Shown here piece after piece: positions 32,395 through 37,644 of a DNA stretch of 37,644 bases. The DNA lies in the IMG/VR virus record IMGVR_UViG_3300037420_000101, positions 1 to 37,644 of that record. One strand, 5' to 3'. Both the position numbers and the translations under genes were made by a program. Every line of letters begins with the position of its first letter. The first letter of the stretch is position 1. The stretch comes from a virus. Taxonomy: Duplodnaviria > Caudoviricetes. Below the pieces are notes generated by a model. It saw nothing but the letters and a program-made list of their open reading frames with translations, was not told where the DNA came from and did not search any database.

Positions 32395-32435
32395 TAAACC
32401 ATGATGTTTCCTACAAATGAAAGGATTAACTAACA

Positions 32436-32681
32436 ATGTTGATTCTCGATTACTCCGCTGCACACAAGTTTATGCGTGAACAGCGTCATCTTGGCAATAA
32501 GGTTCGATGGGAAGGATGGGACATGGTTTTCTTCAAGCCGACCCATTATGGTTACAAGGATGTAAACGGAGCTTTCCGTGATGGACGCTGGGGTGTAGAA
32601 AAGCGCGTTCAGGTAAATGCGGATGGCAACTGGGAGGTTAGCAAGAAGGATGTCTTCACTGCTAGAAAGCCTCGGAATTGA
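32436..32681 (+). CDS. hypothetical protein
   Basis: AAAGGA RBS; WEGWD motif. Confidence 0.7.
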   Translation: MLILDYSAAHKFMREQRHLGNKVRWEGWDMVFFKPTHYGYKDVNGAFRDGRWGVEKRVQVNADGNWEVSKKDVFTARKPRN

Positions 32682-32961
32682 CCCGGAAGAGTTTGAATGG
32701 CACCACTTGGCTGCCTGTCAACATCTTAACCCGGAAATCTTCTGCGATAAATATGAATCAGACCAAGAAATCGCTAAGGCAGCGGATTCAGTCTGCCTCG
32801 GGTGTCCAGTCATCAGAGATTGCTTCTTTGCTGGAAGCCAGAATAACGAGTACGGTGTCTGGGGCGGCGTTTACTGGAATGGCTCCGGTAAACCAGATAA
32901 GAACAAGAATTCGCACAAGACCCAAGAAATCTGGGATGCAATTGAGAGGAAGGTAAGTTGA
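32650..32961 (+). CDS. whiB: WhiB-family transcription factor
   Basis: W...AAC, CLGCPVIRDC, YGVWGG. Confidence 0.9.
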   Translation: MSSLLESLGIDPEEFEWHHLAACQHLNPEIFCDKYESDQEIAKAADSVCLGCPVIRDCFFAGSQNNEYGVWGGVYWNGSGKPDKNKNSHKTQEIWDAIERKVS

Positions 32962-33224
32962 GCCTCTACACGGCAGACGTTCAGCGCATCGTCAAGTCTA
33001 CGAAGTGTCCATATCGGGGGTTCGTCGTGGATGTTGTCGAGCACCAAGATTACCTTGAGTTGCGGGTTTACAGAGATAATATCGAATCATTCAGCGAGCC
33101 ACAGAAGGTTGTACTGGCAGACTACTTGTACAAGATTCGTGACGCAATCAAATTGACTGGTACAAAGTGCTTCATTCAGGGCTCACTTAATCCTGTACCG
33201 TATGGAAATTGGAGGGGGAACTAA
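32958..33224 (+). CDS. hypothetical protein
   Basis: TTGA overlap in operon. Confidence 0.65.
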   Translation: MSLYTADVQRIVKSTKCPYRGFVVDVVEHQDYLELRVYRDNIESFSEPQKVVLADYLYKIRDAIKLTGTKCFIQGSLNPVPYGNWRGN

Positions 33225-33454
33225 TGGAGTGCCAAAGTTGTGGCAAGCAAAAGGCAGAGCTTCACGCCAAGGAATCAAAGCTTTGGAAGAAGACCAAGGT
33301 TCTGATGTGTCAGACTTGCATCAATAGCAAGATGGAACCGCGTGCCTTTGTTATTTTGGCCGGTCGCATGGTGGGAGATGACGCAATCCGCGAGTACATC
33401 AAACATCGCCGGTATTGTGGTCCAGAAATCACCGCAAAAGAACTGCTGGGTTAG
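33224..33454 (+). CDS. hypothetical Zn-finger protein
   Basis: CQSC...CQTC; GGAGG RBS. Confidence 0.7.
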   Translation: MECQSCGKQKAELHAKESKLWKKTKVLMCQTCINSKMEPRAFVILAGRMVGDDAIREYIKHRRYCGPEITAKELLG

Positions 33455-33506
33455 TTACTGAGAGTTACTTTTTGGCACCTAATCCGTTCCGGGATATAAT
33501 TAGACC

Positions 33507-33944
33507 ATGATTAAGCCAATTACCTTTTTCAAGTCCATTGCGAAGCGACCGATGGAAGCAATCGAATCTATCATCGCCTTCATTCTGTTCTTGACGGGTA
33601 TTTGGTTTATGACACCGTGGTACACACCGAATCCTGGGGCGGCTTCACAGCTGAAAATTATTGATGGGATTACCCTGTCAATGCTGTTTGGTACTGTGCA
33701 AATCTTGATGGCTGGACCGATGCTGTATGCTCTGCTCCGCAAGAAGTGGCCTAAGAGGCAGCAAGTTCGCAGAATTGTAACGTTCACGTCCTTTCTGTTG
33801 CTGACCTTTTATGGTTTTTCCGGGGTTATTCTCTTTGGAACCCAGAGACTATCTTGGTTGCAGACGTTTGGTCTGGCACTTATTTCGGCTGTTTGCCACT
33901 TGAGACTAAAGTGGGAGATGGATACACAAGATGCCGGAAATTAA
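33507..33944 (+). CDS. four-TM membrane protein
   Basis: Four hydrophobic segments. Confidence 0.7.
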   Translation: MIKPITFFKSIAKRPMEAIESIIAFILFLTGIWFMTPWYTPNPGAASQLKIIDGITLSMLFGTVQILMAGPMLYALLRKKWPKRQQVRRIVTFTSFLLLTFYGFSGVILFGTQRLSWLQTFGLALISAVCHLRLKWEMDTQDAGN

Positions 33945-34233
33945 TCAGGCTTGGCTAGCACTAGTCGGTGCACTACTCGGGGGTTCCGGTCTAAAGGTCA
34001 TCGAACATTGGCTAAACAGGTCTAAGACGAAAGATGACAGCGCAACTGATTTTCGCAATGAGTTGCGCTCTGATATCAAGGAACTACGCCTTGAGCTAGC
34101 AAAAACTGAAGAAGAACTTGACAGGTGGAGGGTTAAGTACTACGCTCTAATGGACGAGTTCATCAAGTATAAGATGGGTCAGGGAGAGAACGCCAAAGCC
34201 CCAACACAAACAACCCCTGAGACCACGGCTTGA
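33931..34233 (+). CDS. membrane-anchored coiled-coil protein
   Basis: N-terminal hydrophobic helix then coiled coil. Confidence 0.7.
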   Translation: MPEINQAWLALVGALLGGSGLKVIEHWLNRSKTKDDSATDFRNELRSDIKELRLELAKTEEELDRWRVKYYALMDEFIKYKMGQGENAKAPTQTTPETTA

Positions 34234-34259
34234 CAGTGATGCAAACGCTCTGATAGAAT
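34230..34259 (+). promoter_or_regulatory. sigma70/HrdB-type promoter
   Basis: TTGACA-N18-TAGAAT. Confidence 0.75.
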
Positions 34260-34305
34260 AGAAACATCAGGGCAGGACGCAGGCAATCCTTAAACCTGCA
34301 ATTAT

Positions 34306-34378
34306 GCTCTAGTGGAGTAGTGGTTATCTCGCTTCCCTCTCAAGGAAGAGAACGTGGGTTCGAATCCCATCTAGAGTA
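34306..34378 (+). tRNA. tRNA-Glu(CTC)
   Basis: Cloverleaf; CTTCC-CTCTCAA-GGAAG. Confidence 0.92.
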
Positions 34379-34403
34379 CGTGCGACATCCTATGTCGCAG
34401 TTT

Positions 34404-34474
34404 GCGAGTATGGTGTAGTGGTAACACGCGAGCCTTCCAAGCTCTCATCCTCGGTTCGAATCCGTGTACTCGCT
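34404..34474 (+). tRNA. tRNA-Gly(TCC)
   Basis: Cloverleaf; loop CTTCCAA; U73. Confidence 0.9.
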
Positions 34475-34503
34475 CTCTGTACCCCCGAATTTAAGGAGGC
34501 ACT

Positions 34504-34698
34504 ATGTCAGTGAATGTTGTCGAAAAGTTGCAGGACCACAATCCTGTGTCACAACGATGTGACAAGTGCGGCGCACGAGGGTATATGGTTGCAGAGAAGG
34601 GCACATTGATGCTAGTCTTTTGCAATCACCATGGACAGGAAGCTTGGAAGAACCTGAATGCTCAGGGATTCGAAGTGACAATAATTCCATTGGATTAA
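34504..34698 (+). CDS. small Zn-ribbon protein
   Basis: AAGGAGG RBS; RCDKCGA...FCNHH. Confidence 0.7.
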   Translation: MSVNVVEKLQDHNPVSQRCDKCGARGYMVAEKGTLMLVFCNHHGQEAWKNLNAQGFEVTIIPLD

Positions 34699-34714
34699 TG
34701 CGCGTAAGCGCTAT

Positions 34715-34791
34715 GGTGGCTGTAATCGAGCGGTCTCAGATATCTGCCTGTGAAGCAGAGTACGCGGGTTCAAGTCCCGTCAGTCACCCCA
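34715..34791 (+). tRNA. tRNA-His(GTG)
   Basis: G-1:C73 pair; TCTGC-CTGTGAA-GCAGA; CCA. Confidence 0.9.
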
Positions 34792-34792
34792 C

Positions 34793-34863
34793 GTAGGGCC
34801 GAAGTGAATTGGTTATCTCTCACCTATCACGCGAAAAACGCCGATTCACACCCCATGCCCTAC
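34793..34863 (+). ncRNA. Y RNA-like 3 (minimal, no tRNA-like domain)
   Basis: GTAGGGC/GCCCTAC stem, CGAA bulge, GTGAATTGG/CCGATTCAC stem, GGTTATCT; same signature as 9828 and 10044. Confidence 0.7.
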
Positions 34864-34867
34864 CTTT

Positions 34868-34943
<76 letters not shown>

Positions 34944-34946
34944 GTA

Positions 34947-34973
34947 AACCCGGTCAAAAATGGCCGGGTTTTT
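34947..34973 (+). terminator. intrinsic terminator
   Basis: AAACCCGGTCA/TGGCCGGGTTT + T run. Confidence 0.8.
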
Positions 34974-34999
34974 GCTTTGGTCCCCATAGAGGAGGAAAC

Positions 35000-35641
35000 T
35001 TGAAGAAGCTGTACGGTATCATTGCACTAGCCATTATTGGTGCCCTTGCATTTACAGGCTGTGGTAATAAGTTCGGACAGAACTATTACCGACCGGCATC
35101 ATTCGGTGAGAATGGCATGTGCTATTACATGCAAACGCAGGCCGAAGCCGACATGCTCATTCGTGAGGGTCTTTGCCAGCCAACCTGGCGACCGGCTCAG
35201 GCACCGTGGTCCTGGCAGGTTCGTTACTCTCCGTATTACTCGTCTGATGAGTACCGCGACTACTACGTCCCGGCTTCGAACCGTAAGATTTACGCCGTCT
35301 ATGTCCGTGATTTCAACACCACTTGGTCAAAGGATATTAAGGCTGCCCAGAAGAATGCTGTCTACGTTGACAACAAGGGTAAGAAAGTTGACGGCAATAC
35401 GGTTCCGCGAGGGCAGTTCGGCGGCGGTGTTCGCTCTAAGGGCGGCTCTGGAATTCGAGGCGACAATGGCAAGTCTGTAAAGAAGAATGCAGACAAGTGG
35501 TACAAGAAGCAGGAGAAGTCTAGTAGCTGGAAGCCTTCATCAAGTGGCGGCGGCTACAAGAGTGGCAGTACCAGCAAGAATAGTGGCTGGAGTAGTAAGT
35601 CATCCTCTTCTGGTGGCGGAATTCGCACCAGCCGACGTTGA
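35000..35641 (+). CDS. lipoprotein with Gly/Ser/Lys-rich tail
   Basis: GGAGG RBS, TTG start, signal peptide ending FTG-C lipobox. Confidence 0.75.
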   Translation: MKKLYGIIALAIIGALAFTGCGNKFGQNYYRPASFGENGMCYYMQTQAEADMLIREGLCQPTWRPAQAPWSWQVRYSPYYSSDEYRDYYVPASNRKIYAVYVRDFNTTWSKDIKAAQKNAVYVDNKGKKVDGNTVPRGQFGGGVRSKGGSGIRGDNGKSVKKNADKWYKKQEKSSSWKPSSSGGGYKSGSTSKNSGWSSKSSSSGGGIRTSRR

Positions 35642-35698
35642 TTCGGAGTTGAGTACCACTCTCTATGGGTGGTACTCTTTTCCTATATAGGAGGGGAA

Positions 35699-35788
35699 AT
35701 GAAAGAGCTTACCATCGGCCTTGCTATTGGCCTTGTTGTTGGCGGGGGTATTTTCACTATCTGGTACTTCTACAAGGAGGGCTTGTGA
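35699..35788 (+). CDS. 29-aa membrane peptide (not in ORF track)
   Basis: AGGAGG RBS; MKELTIGLAIGLVVGGGIFTIWYFYKEGL. Confidence 0.55.
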   Translation: MKELTIGLAIGLVVGGGIFTIWYFYKEGL

Positions 35789-36075
35789 CTGACGAGCTTG
35801 AGGATGACATCCGCCATGACTGGTGGACTGTGGTAGGATTCTGGCATGAATCATGGGAGCGTTGGGCTGGTCACTATGACTGCCTAACCCCGCAAATGGC
35901 CGAAGACCTTGCTCAAATGGAAGCAAAAGAGCGCGGACTAAATCTGGCGGTTGTAGCAGTATTCGAAGGCAAGCTAATGCCTGCCGATGGAGATTACGCT
36001 ACCTACGTAGACTATGAAGCCCGGAACTCGGAAGAAATGAATAGGAAGCTACGAGCACTTGGATATCTCAGATAG
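35785..36075 (+). CDS. hypothetical protein
   Basis: AAGGAGG RBS, GTG start. Confidence 0.7.
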   Translation: MTDELEDDIRHDWWTVVGFWHESWERWAGHYDCLTPQMAEDLAQMEAKERGLNLAVVAVFEGKLMPADGDYATYVDYEARNSEEMNRKLRALGYLR

Positions 36076-36349
36076 ACACTTTCATATCGTTAGTATTACA
36101 CCTCAGGGTGTGGTACTCTATGAGAGTGAATATGAATCCGCTGACCGAAGCATTGATGACTTCCTTGAGCTAATTGGCAACATCTACATGAATCAGATTG
36201 GGCCAATACCAGAAACTTACAGGCTAGAGTTGATGGATGTAGCTTATGCTCCAGATACCGCGTCAGTGACTCTGGGTTATAACGAATCATTGTTCAAAAT
36301 CTTTTGGTCATCATGCGACGGCGGATGCCGTGTTATTGAGAGGAATTAA
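36059..36349 (+). CDS. hypothetical protein
   Basis: ORF in operon. Confidence 0.6.
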   Translation: MDISDRHFHIVSITPQGVVLYESEYESADRSIDDFLELIGNIYMNQIGPIPETYRLELMDVAYAPDTASVTLGYNESLFKIFWSSCDGGCRVIERN

Positions 36350-36522
36350 TGGACACTTACGAGCTATATGTATACATCACCAAGGAGACAGATAACGTCT
36401 ACACTTGGGGAATTGGTCAGGAACTCGATGATGAAGAGTTTGAGTTTTTGGCCGGTGGTGAGGAAGAGTCTCTTGAAGAGGCTTCCCACCGCATCTCAGA
36501 GGAAATCAAGACGCTCTTCTAA
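36349..36522 (+). CDS. small acidic hypothetical protein (not in ORF track)
   Basis: TAATG overlap; 57 aa. Confidence 0.55.
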   Translation: MDTYELYVYITKETDNVYTWGIGQELDDEEFEFLAGGEEESLEEASHRISEEIKTLF

Positions 36523-36531
36523 GGAGGACAG

Positions 36532-36765
36532 GTGGCTACTGTGTACAAGCTGTGTCTGATTCAGAACCCGGCATCAAAGTACTGGAGTTGGCATTTGCAG
36601 CCAATTGAACCACACGACTGGCCGTTTGACCCTGATAGAGCAGAATTCTCCGGAATTCATAGGAATATCCGTGGAGCCATGAATATGGCGCACGAGTTGG
36701 TACCGAAGAAGCAGGTAGAGTATGTCTACATGGATAGGAAGACTCAATTGAGGTTATCCCGTTGA
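36532..36765 (+). CDS. hypothetical protein
   Basis: AAGGAGG RBS, GTG start. Confidence 0.65.
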   Translation: MATVYKLCLIQNPASKYWSWHLQPIEPHDWPFDPDRAEFSGIHRNIRGAMNMAHELVPKKQVEYVYMDRKTQLRLSR

Positions 36766-36868
36766 AACTCTACTGGCGCTCGGTGCTTGAATTCGGTCAA
36801 GAGATGGTTTGGGTAATCATCGACCGTGTAACCTAAAGGCAATTTTGAAATTCGAAACCCTACATAAG

Positions 36869-37489
36869 ATGATTCCCTATGCAACTGGTGGTAAGAACCA
36901 CGTCATGACTATGACCCCATATAATGGCGTGGTTCTTGCAATGCCGGGAAGACATCAGAAAGACACAACCCCGGAAGGCGGGGATTTTGTCGTAATGGTA
37001 AGCGATGAGAGGCTAGGTTGGGTTAACCACCAGTTCACCCATGACGACCTCTTTCTCGATATTGAAAAGAAGTGCGGCGACGACCTTTACACCACGGAAC
37101 AATTCTTCGTGGATTATGTCAAGGTAGTCTTTGGTGAAGACCCTTCCAAGCTTGATTGGCATAGGCCAACCTATCATCTTCTACCGGAAAATCCCGACGA
37201 TGAAGGCGAGCTATGGTCAGACAGTCTTCATCCACAGACATTCCTATATGCCGTACAATGCTTGGCTATTGCTGAGCACAGAAGATATCACCAGCACGAG
37301 TCAAAGGGTGGAGGAAGATTCCTGCCCGCTCGATTTGCCGGGGGTATCGTTCAAGGATTGTGGACCGCACAGGATTGCAAAGCAGTACAGCGCAGAGGCC
37401 GCATGGGTCTCGACCACTTGATTAGCGTCCATGGAAGTCCGACACCACTAAAGGAGATTTACGCAAATGCGCAAGAAAGTAACAATTGA
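36869..37489 (+). CDS. hypothetical protein
   Basis: Long ORF; start uncertain (frame open from 36809). Confidence 0.65.
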   Translation: MIPYATGGKNHVMTMTPYNGVVLAMPGRHQKDTTPEGGDFVVMVSDERLGWVNHQFTHDDLFLDIEKKCGDDLYTTEQFFVDYVKVVFGEDPSKLDWHRPTYHLLPENPDDEGELWSDSLHPQTFLYAVQCLAIAEHRRYHQHESKGGGRFLPARFAGGIVQGLWTAQDCKAVQRRGRMGLDHLISVHGSPTPLKEIYANAQESNN

Positions 37490-37644
37490 CCTAGAGATTG
37501 AGGCAGAGTTCGAGAGCGCAGTGTACGCTGGGCTCGGAGATTTGCTGGCTGACATTGAGGACAGTAATTTCGAGGTCTTGAATGTCAAGGTAGACGACAT
37601 CAAGCCAGCCCTCAATATCCCAACTCTACGAAATGTAGACGTTG
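37467..37644 (+). CDS. hypothetical protein, 3'-truncated
   Basis: GGAG RBS; MRKKVTIDLEIEAEF..., open to window end. Confidence 0.5.
   Translation, partial: MRKKVTIDLEIEAEFESAVYAGLGDLLADIEDSNFEVLNVKVDDIKPALNIPTLRNVDV

Noticed and set aside
34321-34330. GGTTATCT motif as a fourth Y RNA
   Set aside because: It is part of the D arm of tRNA-Glu(CTC) and lacks the bulged terminal stem

Overview
A 37.6-kb segment of a large actinobacterial (most likely Streptomyces) tailed phage; host assignment is inferred from Lsr2, WhiB and sigma70/HrdB-type promoters. Almost all genes are on the + strand. The left end carries a Cas4/RecB-type nuclease, RuvC, nucleotide-metabolism genes and the terminase. From about 8.5 kb to 35 kb there is a large RNA-gene region: 39 tRNA-like genes covering all 20 amino acids plus an amber (CUA) anticodon tRNA, a tmRNA with a non-canonical tag, and a Ro60/TROVE protein. 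Reading the intergenic DNA by eye also revealed: a compact RNase P RNA with an intact catalytic domain and a strongly reduced specificity domain (31782-32047); three Y-RNA-like genes sharing a GC-CGAM...GGTTATCT signature, one enclosing a circularly permuted tRNA-Asp; two or three short circularly permuted tRNA mimics that open at the anticodon; and a run of small H-type pseudoknots. With an RNase AS-like exoribonuclease, a putative nucleotidyltransferase with four tandem paralogues, a metallophosphoesterase and rIIA/rIIB, this suggests a phage-encoded tRNA maturation, surveillance and decoy system. All structures were folded manually and no database searches were run.
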